From Octopus sinensis (lineage: Eukaryota): a stretch of DNA of 64,000 nt. Both the position numbers and the translations under genes were made by a program. The DNA is taken from NCBI RefSeq assembly GCF_006345805.1, contig NC_043009.1, forward strand, positions 35,588,001 through 35,652,000. The letters run 5' to 3'. The notes beneath the pieces are model-generated. The model did not search any database, had not been told where the DNA came from, and worked only from the letters and a program-made list of their open reading frames with translations. Shown here piece after piece: positions 11,617-24,280 of the stretch; position 1 is the first letter of the stretch, and the number at the start of each line of letters is the position of its first letter.

Positions 11617-14105
11617 GAAAAGAAGACCAAACTGGAGAAGTAAAACTGAAAAAAGAGGGAATTAATGAGGGAAAATATGAAGTAAACTAATCAAGTAAAT
11701 TAATCTGTGGAAAATATGTAAGATGTAGAGGAAGAAGGAAAATGAAGAGAACATTTGAATTGTCATCAATAGAAACATTGAAACGAAATGTTCAAACAAA
11801 AGTTCAATGAATTTGAAGATCTGAGAAAAGAAACAAATTTTACAAGCGAAATTAGCTGTTCACATCCTATGCCAAAACATTTACCCGAGAAATAAGGAAG
11901 GAGAAAATAACTGTTGAAGATCTCTCCATTCATAAAAGAAGTTGAAGACATTTGAAAGTAGAATTGAAGCAGCGAAAAGACATACAATGAAAATACATAT
12001 GGGATTAGACGCAAAAAAGGATCCAACCAAAATTTACAAGATCAATCATGATAATAGCGGACCTAAGGATGATACTCACGAAGTCTCATAAGTGGAAATC
12101 CCCCTGTAAACATAGGGTGTCAAATTTCTGTCCCCCGTGCACACTCATAAAGTTAGTTCAGCGGTTCAAATAAATTATGAGAGAGTCTAAGAAAACGTCT
12201 GACTGGTAACAAGTGATATTACTTACTTACTCCTAAAGAATAATGAAACCAATTTTCCGAAAAGCTATTGGCCCATAACCAATTTATCTACCACTTATAA
12301 AATTCTATCATCTTTACTGGTGAAAAGAAACATATGCATTTATGGAATAGAACGATATTTTCGCTACTGAACAAAAAAGAGTGCTGAGGAGTATCATATG
12401 GATTCAAAAATCAACTTGTATTTAATCGTATGATCCTTAACAGTTGTCATAAGCGCAGAAATCTCAGTTCCGGAGGGATTGATTACATAAAGGCCTTTGA
12501 AAGTATACCACTTTCATGATTTTGAAATCACCAAACATCTGCAAAATTTCCCCTGTAATGTAAAACATTCTCAAACATGATATGTCAATTTTGTACACGA
12601 ATCACTAATTATATTCTTTTAATAGAGTACAGGCTTCAAACAGTATTAACATTAACTGTGTCAGTTTCGAAGGTCACCGACTTTCACCTTTAATTTTTTG
12701 CATAGCCTAGTACTCCTTACTAGTGAACTTTACCAAACAACTATGGGTATAAAATGTGCAGCAAAAAAATAAGCCATCTATTTTATATGGATGACTTAAA
12801 ATTCTATGGAAGAGATAATGATTAGCTTGAAGACATATTACTTACTATGAGAACATTCAGTGACGTTATCGGGATGGAGTATGGTCTAGATAAATGTGAC
12901 AAGGCCAATTTCTAGAAAGGGAAACGGAAGACCTCAATTCAGTCGTGTTAGATGTTTGACAATTATAAAAGAAATTGAGCAGGAACAAAATTATACATAG
13001 GCGCAGGCGTGGTTGTGTAGTTAGAAGTTTGCCTCCAAACCGCATGGTTCACGGTTCAGTCCCACTGTGTGACACCTTGGGAAAGTATCTTCAACTATAG
13101 CCTTATAGCAACCAAAGCATTGTGGGTGAATTTGGTTGACGGAAGCTGAAACAAGCCCGTCGTATAGATACAATGTTGACGTGTTTTCGTCCTCGTAACA
13201 TACAGGTCTGGCAAAAGAGACCGATAGAAGAAGTATTAGGCTTACAAAGAATAAGTCCTGGAATCGATTTGTTGACCTAAACCCCCTTAAGGTTGTGCTC
13301 CAGCATGACTGCACTCCAGTGACTGAAACGAGTAACAGAATATCTATAAATAAATGAAGATTCTGATGTCCAGCATTCAAGCCTGAAAGAGAACATTAGG
13401 AAAGGATGTTAAAGGAGAGTTCAAGAAGTCATGAAAACCGAGCTAAAAGCACATAAGGTGTTAGCCATAAATTCCTTAGCAGTTCCAGTTGCGATTTATA
13501 GCATCAATGTGTTGAACTAGAATACTAGTGAAATAAAGGAAGTTAACAGGAAAATATGTTAATTGCCGATGCGTGATACACAGGTCGAACAGTATGAAGG
13601 AAGTGCGGTGGAAGCAGAAACCTCTGCATGGCAAATCTGTGGCCCGTAGCAAACAAGTTGATATTGACTGGAAGCACGCTCATCAGTGGCTACGGGGCTC
13701 ATGGCTAAAGCATAGAGCGAAGGCTGCTGAAAATCAAAGCTTATTGACCCAGAACTATCGAGCTGATGTGACGAATAACAGAGTAGATTCAAAGTGCCGA
13801 CCCTGCAATGATGAGATTGAAACAATAGACAATCTAATCACTGGAGGTAATGCTTTAACACCAGTCAAGTATAAATTAAGACAATATAGAATTGGCCAAT
13901 ATCTACATTTTAAAATGTCGGCGTTATAGAATCAAAATTGTTGACGAGAGGTATAAGCGCCGCCCTGTGGCTGCAACTGAGGGAGAAAATGTAGTGATTC
14001 TTTGCGACTTCCCAATACACATAGATAAAACCATCAAAGCTAATAAACCGGGAATTGTGGTAAAAGACGACAGCAATAAAATCTGTTTATTGAATCGACA
14101 AATGT
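10640..14105 (+). mobile_element. Long, heavily decayed R4/Dong-clade LINE (RT, CCHC finger, partial RLE), interrupted by a microsatellite and a SINE
   Basis: PITNLSTTYKIL, IDYIKAFESIP, LFYMDDLKFY (about 12780-12810), KCRPCNDEIETIDNLI, DFPIHIDKTIKANKPGIVVKD; many stops and frameshifts. Confidence 0.88.
13000..13342 (+). mobile_element. Near full-length tRNA-derived SINE, family B, inserted in the R4-like LINE
   Basis: Head ggcgtggttgtgt..ggttcagtcccactg..caccttgggaaagt (CORE-like); tail aaaagagaccgataga..tgactgaaac..gaata. Confidence 0.9.
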
Positions 14106-14109
14106 AAAG

Positions 14110-15826
14110 ATGATAGCCAAAAGGCCCTAGAGTACGCGTCAAGGACGCTACTACTAGCGGCAAAATATATAGCTAAATTGAAAAAGATACATTAGCGATT
14201 ATGTTTGGCATAAAAATGTTCCACAGGCTTAAACATGGTTGAGGGTTTAGACGACAAACAGACCATCGCCCGTTGCTAACGATTATTGGATCCAAGTATG
14301 GAATCCCATACATACAGCAAACAGTTTGCAGCGATGGGGCACCATACTACTATACTACTCAATGGAATATTTACCTTCGAAAAAGCTAGTACATGCTGAC
14401 GGCGTATCCCGGTTAATATCCAGAAATGGTGAACCATTCGGGGATACAGTAATAGCAGTCCTAAGAGCCGAAGAGGAAATTAAACAATTAGTGTGGAATA
14501 TAGTACGAGAGTTACCAATATCTCTGGAGGAGATAAAACGACACGCGTTAAAAGATAAGTTCATTAATGATAGAAATAAAAAAAAAATGTGGACAACTAA
14601 AGAAAACAAAAATATGTCCGGTAAGAAAAAAACAGTGAGAAATAAACATATATTCAACATGCGACGGCGTACTGATGTATGGCGAAAGGGTAGTGATACA
14701 TGAGAATTTTTAAAGAAGAATGTTATAAGAATTCCATAGTGAACATCCGTGGATCGCAAGGATGAAAGCGCTTATATGCAGTTATGTGTATTGGCCGAAG
14801 ATGGACAAGGAAGTTGAAAACGTAGAATAAGGTTGAAGAGTATTGGCTCTGGCAGCGAAATTGCCTACTGAAAATTGGGACCCTTGGCCAGAAGTAAAAG
14901 GTCCATGGTCAAGACTACATATCGATTTTGCAGATCTATTAAATGGTTGTTACTGTTTAGTGGTAATTGACAGCTTTACAAAATGGCCGGATATTGTTAA
15001 GTGCAAAAGATCAACTTCCGAAAGAATAATAAATATTTTTACGAATTATTCGCAAGATTTGTCATTCCAAACATGATTGTATGGAAAATAATTAGTGTCC
15101 AGTGAATTTAGAAAATTCTGCGAAATGTTCACGGTAGACATTAAGCGATAGCACTTTACTATCTCAGTTCATATGGATAGGCAGAGCGTTTTGCGGACAT
15201 TTTGAAAAGAGCTTTCAGAAAAGCAAACAAGGAAATCACAGACGAAGTCGTTTTGCAGCAATTCCTAAGGGTATACAGGGTCACACCCAACCCCAATAAA
15301 CTAGTAGGAAGCTCACAAGCAGAACTGATGTTCGTGAGCGAAGAAGGTAAAGTAAGTTGTTTTCTTTCATAAACTGTTGCCTAGCGAGGAAAGATAAAGT
15401 ACCAGGAAAGACAATCCAAAATTTTTCAAAATTTGTGATTAGGTGTACATGAGGTCGTATAAAAACGGAAAACAGTACTGGGAAGAAAGCAAAATTACAA
15501 AGTACCTAGGAAAAATGATGTACGGGATAAAAAGCAAAAAAGCTATTAAAAATGACAGAGAGAAACCAATTGAAGGGAAGATACAAAGAAAATGAACCAG
15601 ACGGGTTAGAAGAACTTATGAAATGGCTGTATGACACATTCCAGGAACCAACACCATTACAAGTGGTTGAACAAACACGTACAAGTGGAAGAAAAAGGAA
15701 GAACATAGAGTTTCTACAAATAGACGCCAAAAAGAAAACATACAAAGATGGAAAACAAAACGCTAAAAATGGTGATTAAAGTAAAATAAAATTACTAGCT
15801 TTCCCAAAAAAAACTAAAATGGGAGA
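14110..15826 (+). mobile_element. Gypsy (Mag/K02A2.6-like) LTR retrotransposon internal region: RNase H, HHCC finger, integrase; decayed
   Basis: YASRTL, TDHRPL, LQRWGTILL, HADGVSRL, RMKALMRSYVYWPKMD, PWSRLHIDFA, VVIDSFTKWP; purine-rich PPT (aaaatgggaga) at 15816-15826. Confidence 0.92.
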
Positions 15827-16324
15827 TGTAGTGAAAATGGTGTTCCCCTTCCCACGCGACAAAGTGGTATGACAAGTGGTATAAAGGCGGTGAGCTGGCA
15901 GAATCGTTAGCGCGCCGGGCGAAATGCTAAGCGGTATTTCGTCTGCCGTTACGTTGTGAGTTCAAATCCCGCCGAGATCGACTTTGCCTTTCATCCTTTC
16001 GGAGTCGATAAATTAAGCACCAGTTACGCACTGGGGTCGATGTAATCGACTTAATACCTATGTCTGTCCTTGTTCGTCCCCTCTATGTTTATCCCTTTGT
16101 GGGTAATAAAGAAATAGGTATGACAAGCCACTATAAAGTCAGACAGCGAATCAGTAGTAGTAGAGTCGTTGTACGAGCTCAGTTGGAGTCAGTGTCAATT
16201 ACGTGATATATATGTGTTCGAGTTACCGTCAAAGTAAACGTTCAAAGTCATTGCTTTGCGGAGCTATCAGCGATAGTATGGTAGACAAGTGAAGGATAAT
16301 AAGACTCGGAATACCGCCACAACA
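15827..16324 (+). mobile_element. LTR of the Gypsy element (about 260 bp native plus a SINE insertion)
   Basis: Starts TGTAGTG immediately after the PPT and ends CACAACA (6/7 inverted terminal match); followed by PBS-like TGGCGAC at 16331-16337. Confidence 0.8.
15886..16116 (+). mobile_element. Full-length family A SINE inside the LTR
   Basis: Starts ggcggtgagctggcagaa and ends aataaagaaata; ggtatgacaag is duplicated at 15866-15876 and 16117-16127 (TSD-like, with 9 extra nt). Confidence 0.93.
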
Positions 16325-17129
16325 TAAAATTGGCGACATGAATATTACAGCGCTGACAATAACATACAGCTGGACGAGGATCCTCACTATAACAGATATA
16401 AAGCCTGGAATAGGAATAGTTTCAGGTCATCCTGGTCTTGTTTGTGGCTGGTTATTTAAAGAAGTATACGTGTGTGTCTGTCGTATCAATGTGTGGTACT
16501 GTAATCTAATGAAGAACAGATGTGAAATACAAGACAGATTTTATCTGATTTAGAAAAAAAACAATCATGTATACATGTATATTTGTGTGTGTGTATGTGT
16601 GTGTCTGTGTGTGTGTGTGTGTGCGTGTGTGTGTAAGTATATGAATGCATATGGTCATATATGGGTGATGATAGAAGCTATAGCCATAGCTATGGCATAA
16701 AGATGTCATAAGATTTATGAACTTCACGGTTGTTGCTGCTGTAGTTGTTGTTGTTGCTATTGTTGTAGTAGTTGTTGCAGGCAATGCATTAAGCAATTAC
16801 ATCCATAATTATTGATGACGGCGTATCGGAAGAGCTCCAATGATACCGTTGATGGTGCTACACCATAATTAGTATGTTTATTATTGATAGTCAGTCTTTT
16901 GCTTTGCTTTTTTTGTTGTAGCTAATATTATAGAATGTAAATGAGTCGTGTAATTGTAGTTCGACATACGTTTCTGTTGGCATTGGTGTGAGTGAAGGTC
17001 TGTTTGTTTACTGGACAGAATGAAAGAGAAATATTTTTTATGACATTGATTGACTAGGTATGGTGCTGTAGTTTTTCCTTTGTATAATATAGTGATGATG
17101 TTAGTTTACGTGGTGGTGTTGGCAGGTGT

Positions 17130-18060
17130 GGTATAGTGATAGTCGCGTTGATTGGTGTCGTGACAGTGTCGTTGACTCACCTAGTCTGGTGATGGTGGTG
17201 TTGATTGATGTGGTGTGGTGACTATGATGATGATTGATAATGTATAACGATCGTGGTGTTGACTGATGTGATGATGGTTCGATAGTGTTATTGAATAAAG
17301 TGGTGATGATGATGTCGATTAACGTAGTGGCGTTGATTGATGTGATGTAGTGATGGTCGTGGTGATTGATGTGGCGAGGATAAGATGGAGTTGTTGATTC
17401 AGGTGGTGTGGTGTTGGTGGGGTTGATTAATGAAGCGTAATGAAGGTGGTGTTCATTGTAGTATGGGGATGGTGGAGTTGAATGATGTGATATAGTGAGA
17501 GCGGTGTTGACTGATGTGATGTAGTGATGGTGGCGTTTATTGATGTAGTTTAATGATAGTGGCGTTCTTTGTGGTGTGGGGATGGTGGAGTTGATTGATA
17601 GGATGTAGTGATAATGTTGATTGATGTGGTGTATTGATGGTGGCGTTGACAGATGAGGTGTGGGGATGATATTGATGATTAATGTGGTGTGGCAGTAGTA
17701 TTGGCGATTGACTTGGAGAGATGACAGTATTGTTTTTGCGAAGCCCTGATATCAAAGAGATTTATAATCAAAAGAGAAATGTTGTCGTTTAGACAAAGAT
17801 GCTCGAGAAGACCGTGGAGAAGTTCTTTTGTTGTCTTCTTGCTGTTGCTGCTAATGTTGTTGATGGTGATACAGATGTTGAAGATGCTGATGTTGGTGGT
17901 AGTGGAGTGATAGTGGTGGTGGTGTAGTATGTTGTTGGCAGTGTTGGTGGTGGTGGTAGTGGTGGTGGTGGTAGTAGTGGTGGTGGTGGTGGCAGTGTTA
18001 AAGGTACTAATCGTGTTGGTGGTACTGTTTGCAGTACTGATGCTGGTGGTGTTATTTATA
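17130..18060. repeat. Degenerate GT-rich minisatellite (tgatgtgatgtagtgatggtggcgtt-like units) plus (GGT)n
   Basis: Recurring ttgattgatgtg..gtgatggtgg units; low complexity. Confidence 0.7.
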
Positions 18061-18619
18061 CTTACGTGATGGTGGAATGTTGCAGCTGAATTAATGTTAA
18101 TAATACTAACGTTGTGTTGGTATTATCGATAACATTGTTATTAGATCTCAGGTAGCAGACCTATAATCTGCGGCGTTCCAGCCTTGATCAGCCTTTTCAT
18201 TTGTATTCTGAGACATATCATTTGAATTTTGTATTTAAGGCTAATCTAGATGATTTAATGGTATTTGGTTCCGATACACCTTGTTTGGTGATTATGGTGT
18301 TGGTTGATGTTAACGATCTTCGATGATAGTCTTAATCTGTTATCAGGATGGAAAACAAAGCCCTTGAACTTTTATAGGACCACCGAGTGCGGTGGGACGG
18401 GAAAAATACGATGTGTCCTCAGATCACGGACCTGGCACAATGTATGCAACAAAATAGGCTCCGCAATGATACCCAATGTAGCCCATGCTGATGTTAAACT
18501 AGTTGACGGATTAAGCCTATGACACAAGTAAGCCATGGTAGGATTTGAACTGACAACAATCAATGTACCGGAACAAAAAACTCCAAGACGTTCGTTCTGA
18601 CATTCGAACGGTTCTATCA

Positions 18620-18770
18620 GTCCATCATCTTCGATCAATATAGATTCATCGACCCCTAATGTATAGAAAACAAAGTCAGGAAGGGCGGATTTTGAACTCA
18701 CAAAGTAGAGTATCAGGACATATACCGCTAAGCATTCTGTACAAGACTCGAATAGATTTGATAATTCGCC
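18620..18770 (-). mobile_element. Old family A SINE remnant
   Basis: ggcggattttgaactca..ataccgctaagcatt; atcgacccc. Confidence 0.6.
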
Positions 18771-18943
18771 GATTTGTTCATAGTAGTGTCGTGTGGGTGA
18801 TATTTGTGTGGGTGATGTTTGTGTGTGTGGGGGGGTGATGGTGGTGGTGTTGGTGTCGGTGTTGGTAGTGCTGGGGTTCTTGTTGGCGGTGTTGATGTTA
18901 GTGTTGTCCTTGGTAGTGGTGGTAATAGGCTGGTGGTAGTGAT

Positions 18944-19170
18944 GGCGAGCTGGCAGAAACGTTAGCACGCCGGGCGAAATGCTTAGCGGTATTTCGTCTG
19001 CGTTACGTTATGAGTTCAAATTCCGCCGAGGTCGACTTTGCCTTTCATCCTTTCGGGGTCGATAAATTAAATACCAGTTAAGCACTGGGGACGATGTAAT
19101 CGACTTAATACCTTTGTCTGTCCTTGTTTGTCCCCTCTGTGTTTGGCCCCTTGTGGGTAATAAAGAAATA
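18944..19170 (+). mobile_element. Full-length family A SINE
   Basis: A/B-box tRNA-like head, central cctttcatcctttcggggtcgataaa domain, 3' end aataaagaaata. Confidence 0.93.
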
Positions 19171-20484
19171 GGTTGTGATGGTAGTGGTGGTAATGGTTTT
19201 TAGAATGTTGCACGGGATTGGTGTGCGTGTGGTATTAGTCGCGTGTTGATTACGTGTAGTATGATATAATTTGATGTGGAGGCGTTGATGTAATTTTAGT
19301 TTAGCCTCAGTCAACATTTTTGAAGCATTACGAGTTGATTTGAAGGATATTTGGCGGATTTTTTTTAGCGGATCGTTTCACCAAGTTGAAATTCTTTTAT
19401 TATAATGAAGATAATGATGATAGCAATTTTATACTTGTAATGATGATGATGGCGGTGGTTGTAGTGTAGAATAGTGATGCAGTATTAGTGAAATGTTGGG
19501 GACGAGAGTGGCATGGTGTTGATGTGTGGGTGACAATGGTTCTGGTGGTATTGTAGTGATGTCAATTGTATTGGTCGTTACACTATTATTATGTTTCGTT
19601 CCTTGCAGCTATGATGTTGGTGTTGATGATATGGTATTGATACTAGTTGTTGTAATTGTTTTTGGTAGTGATGGTGGTGATGGTGGTGGTTTGGATAGTG
19701 GTGGTGATGGTGGTGACCATGACAAGGTTGCAAGATGCAAGATTCAGTGCTAATGAGACAGATGTGTATCTGTAGGCAGATAACAGCATTGCTCCTGGAG
19801 TAATTATTTTAATTAACACATGCCAATCATATGCATTTGTCGACTGCAGCAATTATAGCATGCTCTACTTATCTCAGCCTCTATCAATCACATTCACTGT
19901 CTTCCTACATATGTACGCATGCGCTCGCGTATACACACACACAAATGCGTGGGCGCACGCACATGCACGCACACACTCCCGTACACACACACACACACAC
20001 ACACACCACACACACACACACACATATGTATATGATGAATTATATGCTTAGCGAAATTTTTTCCGGGTGTCTGTTTCACGTGTTCAAATCCTGCCAAACC
20101 TAAATTTGCATTAACATTTCGATGGCAAAAAACAAAGTTTCACTCGAAAGCTGTTTCAGGCCCTTAACAAAATCCTTTTCCCCCCACATTTCTTAATCTA
20201 TCCACTTTTTCACAACGGTAGATCAGCTTTGTTGTTTCTCAATCATACTTCTGAATCCCTCCTTTTGTCTATTCTTCTTTAAGTGTCATCGACGCCGTTG
20301 AGGGGTAACTTGCAATTTTTTGCAACCACTCATCCTCCATATGACAAAAGCTCCCCAGTTCACGTGAGACCGCCTATTGGGGACAAATTAATAGATTTAC
20401 AAAAGACAAAAAGCACTCAAATGCGCATATACACACATACAAACACACACACACACACACACACACACATATGTGTGTGTGTGT

Positions 20485-20645
20485 GTGTGGTTGTGTTGTA
20501 AAGAAGCTTACTTCCCAACCACATTGTACTGGGTTCTATCCCACTGTGTGGCACCTTGCATAAGTCTCTTCTACTAAAGTTTCGAGCCGACAAAAGCCTT
20601 GTGAGTGAATTTGGTAGACGGAATCTGAAAGAAGTCCGTCGCATA
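20485..20645 (+). mobile_element. Family B SINE head, separated from its tail by nested insertions
   Basis: gtggttgtgt..caaccacat..gggttc..tcccactgtgtggcaccttg..gaatctgaaagaagtccgtcg, then (TA)n. Confidence 0.88.
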
Positions 20646-22179
20646 TATATATAAATATCTATCTATATATATATATATATATACTCCAATATCCCCCACA
20701 ACCTAGGACTAGAGGCAATCCAATTCTGGCTAGAGAATCACGCCAACGAACTACCACACCGCATCAAAAAAGAATTTGTGATAGAAGGGGTTAAATTCAT
20801 CCTGGAAAATAACTTCTTCGCCTTCAATGACAACTTCTACCGACAAAAATCGGGGACTGCGATGGGTACACGAATGGCCCCCTCCTTTGCCAACCTAGTC
20901 ATAGGATACCTAGAGATCAGTCTGTATCGTAAGGTTCTAGAAAGATATGGCAGCCCTTTCGCCATCTACATAGAAAACAACTGGAAGAGATATCTAGATG
21001 ACTGTTTCATCCTTTGGCATAAAAATATAGAAAAACTCATAGAATTCCAGAAAATTTTAAACGGACTGGACGTAAACATCCAATTCACGATGGAATATAG
21101 CCAACAACAACTCCCCTTCCTCGATATCCTCATTAAGAAAGCTAATAATATAATAGAAACAGACATATACTATAAGCCTACAGACTCTAAGCAATATCTT
21201 CCATTCAATTCATGCCACCCCAGACACACCAGGATGAATATCCCCTTCAATCTAGCAAAAAGGATATGCACTATAGTCTCTAACGCAAACACCAGAGACA
21301 CACGACTACAAGAACTAAAAGATACCCTAATCACCAGGAACTATCCCCTTCACTTATTGACAAGTGCATTCAACGTGCCCTTCAACTTAACATCAAGGAA
21401 CTGAGACATCCCAAATCAAAGAAAAACTTACAACCAAAAGCCTTACCATACATCTCCACACACAACCCTCTCAATAACGAAGCCTTCGACACCATCCTCC
21501 ACAACATACCCCCCTAAAAAAAAGACCACAGAATGAACACAATCCTCCAAACACACACGATCATAAAAAGCAAAAGACAGCGTAGATCCATGAAAAGTCT
21601 CCTTACACAAGCCCGAATTCACTCTTCAACACAGAAGCCGACAGTAAAAAAATGTGGAAGACCCAATTGCGGGATATGCGACTATCTAATCGAGGGTTCT
21701 GAGTTCTCCTTCAAACAGGGACAACGGTTTTCAGTGAAAAGCAACTTCACGTGTGCTTCGGAGAACCTAATATACTCACTAACCTGCTCCGGTGTCAAGA
21801 GCAGTACATAGGCCAAACAAAAAATGGTTTGCGTAAACGAATGGCCCTGCACAGATCCCAGATAAAAATTCCCCAAAACAGAAAAATAGCTTTTAGCCAA
21901 CACATAGATACTTGCGCCAACAAAAAAACACCAACTTCAGAATTTTCCCCCTCTACCAATTTAGGGACGATACAACCTCCAGACAAAGAATAAGTAAAGA
22001 AAATCTCTTTATTACAAAATACAAGCCACTTCTTAACGGGTCTACGACAAACAATTAATATACCTCAACTTTAGAATAAAAGAAAAATATATATAACACA
22101 CACAAATACTACACTCCATAGAATCCATTACTAATCAGCCCCTTCATAGCTATATTTACACCCATTCATATTCTCCCTT

Positions 22180-22410
22180 CTCTGTTTCTTTCTTCTTCTT
22201 CTTCTTCCTCTTCTTCTTCATCATCATCGTTATCATCATCATCAGCGTCATCATCATCGCCACCATCATCACCACCATCTTCTCCTTCTCCTCCTTCCTC
22301 TTCTTCTTCTTCTTCATCATCATCGTTATCATCATCATCGTCGTCATAATCATCATCACCATCATCTTCTCCTTCTCCTTCTTCTTCTTCTTCTTCTTCT
22401 TCTTCTCCAC
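22180..22410. repeat. Tandemly duplicated compound (TTC)n/(ATC)n block inside the PLE 3' region
   Basis: Two similar ~95-bp TTC-ATC-CTCCTT units. Confidence 0.85.
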
Positions 22411-22756
22411 CCCCTACCCCTTAAGTTTGTCACTAATGTTTTTTAGTATAACACCTACGCTAATTCTATAAACAAGCCTGTCAATATAAATATTCTCCTG
22501 AATTGAACTGAGACTGCCAGCCGCCACTGACCATTCAAAATACGACCATCAGGGCACTCCCAGATTCTCCCACCCCCCTTTCCTCACCAGCCTTCCCTCT
22601 ACTACCTTACCAAGAACTCACAACTACCTCGAACACACAAGTGCAAAGAAGGGAGTCAGAGAAAGGCAGAATGCCACTTAAATCTGAACACTACTATAGA
22701 AATATTCTTTTAAAAAAACTTTTCTTTTAATTTTTCTAAATTTAATTATTTAATCG

Positions 22757-22800
22757 TTACAGTTGAAAAGGTCTCAAAATGACCGAAACCGGTACTGAAA
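22757..22800 (+). ncRNA. Minimal type-I hammerhead-ribozyme-like motif (U3-A8 core variant)
   Basis: cag-TTGAAAA-GGTC tcaaaat GACC-GAAA-CCGG-TA|ctg: stem I cag/ctg, 4-bp stem II, palindromic stem III ACCGGT; located in a PLE 3' terminus. Confidence 0.6.
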
Positions 22801-22915
22801 TGTTCACTATAAAATTATTTTAGCATTTTCTATTTTTTACTTGTTTTTTCATATATATATATATATATATATTTATAGATATATGCACATACACATATAC
22901 ACATACACATATAAA

Positions 22916-23690
22916 CAGAGTGCGGTGAATAAACTATTGTCTAAATTACGCAAAAGTGAAAATAACACTGACATCTCATTTTGACAGATATGTTTACCAA
23001 ATTTACGTAAAAACATCTCGAAATACCAAAGAGTAAATTTATTTTATAAAATCGCCATCGTCTTCAACCACAGCCTCCAGACGACTTTGGAATCACCTGC
23101 AACTCTTCTGAACAATCTCCTTATTCAAGTTGGTGAATGCTACCAGAATCCTTGCATTCGGATATGGTGTTACAAGGAGTTTTGTTGGTCTCTCGCTCAA
23201 ATGGGTCCCACACAATATTCAATGGGATTGCAGTCTGAGGAGGTGATGTCGCAGAAATTGTCTGACAGCCATGACTAGGTTCTCTTCCTTGTGAGTCCTG
23301 TTACCAGAGATAGGGTCTTCCAGTAGCCACCCTCTTGACCCAAGGCAACACTGTCTCCTACAGGTATTTAATGTAGGCCTCCATGTTGAGTATGTGGCCG
23401 TGTGGGAAGAGCAACAGAGGCATAACTTCGCCATCACTAGTGATCACTCCAAACATCATGATGTTGACTGGATGTTTGATTTTTCACGCTCTCGGTACAT
23501 GTACTTAGATTGCACTGTCCTCAGATTGACACCCGAACACTCTGAAATGTTCGTATTGGAGTTTGGTGCGCGATGCAAAGCAGTACAGTATGTGGTTTTC
23601 AAATTTCTGGCAGATTGAATTGCGTCATAGTACTGTTTTTCTCACAGACAGTGCCCAACCAACTCTACTATACTTTGTAGTCGACAAAAC
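22916..23690 (-). mobile_element. Decayed Tc1/mariner-superfamily element (SPDCNPLDY type)
   Basis: Minus strand reads ..SDCNPIEYCVG..; CAGAGTG-type terminus at 22916; same family as 58162-58960. Confidence 0.7.
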
Positions 23691-23749
23691 TAAAATCATA
23701 TAATGTATATGCGCAAAATAAAAAGTATAAAAGGGCACGAAGTATTAGT

Positions 23750-23972
23750 ATGTGTGTGTATGTGTGTGTGTGTCTTTCTATCTGTGTTTGTCACCCCCAG
23801 CATCGCCTTGCAACCACTGTTGGTGTATTTGTGTGCCTGTACTTTAGCAGTTCAGCAAAAAGGACTGATATAATAAGTACCAAGCGCTTACATAGATTTC
23901 CCCGACTACACCTCTTTAAGGTGGTGCTCTAGTATGGCCGCAATCAAATGACTGAAACATGTAAAAGAATAA
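23750..23972 (+). mobile_element. Family B SINE tail
   Basis: ctgtgtttgtc..catcgc..ttagc.gttc.gcaaaa..ggtgctc.ag.atggccgca..tgactgaaaca.gtaaaagaata. Confidence 0.85.
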
Positions 23973-23979
23973 CAGAATC

Positions 23980-23997
23980 TATATACATATATATATA

Positions 23998-24033
<36 letters not shown>

Positions 24034-24198
24034 CATATATTTGTTTATGTATATATATATATATATATATATACATATATTTATACATATATTTGTGTAT
24101 GTATATTTATATATATTTACACACAAACATACACACATTCATATATATTATATGTGTGCGTGTGTGTACTTATATATGCGTGGCTGTGTATATATGTA

Positions 24199-24253
<55 letters not shown>

Positions 24254-24280
24254 ATCTATATATATATATACACATATAAA
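23980..24280. repeat. (TA)n/(TATC)n compound microsatellite
   Basis: Direct reading. Confidence 0.95.

Larger units (their letters stand above)
20682..22850 (+). mobile_element. 5'-truncated Penelope-like element (RT + GIY-YIG endonuclease + 3' pseudo-LTR)
   Basis: Open frame 20682-21404: YSNIPH, GTAMGTRMAPSFANL, RYLDDCF, LPFLDI, YYKPTD. C-terminal frames give CGRPNCGIC..NLIYSLTC../QYIGQTKNGLRKRM..H. Frameshifts near 21400 and 21800; flanked by (TA)n on both sides. Confidence 0.95.

Noticed and set aside
15886-16116. tRNA genes suggested by A/B boxes and GTTCAAATCC
   Set aside because: These are tRNA-derived SINE heads with no cloverleaf and a SINE body and tail attached.
17130-17720. CRISPR-like or coding tandem array
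   Set aside because: Degenerate low-complexity minisatellite without constant repeats or unique spacers; eukaryotic context.
18372-18968. 198-aa minus-strand ORF as a host gene
   Set aside because: It spans a (GGT)n tract and an old SINE remnant; no domain recognised.
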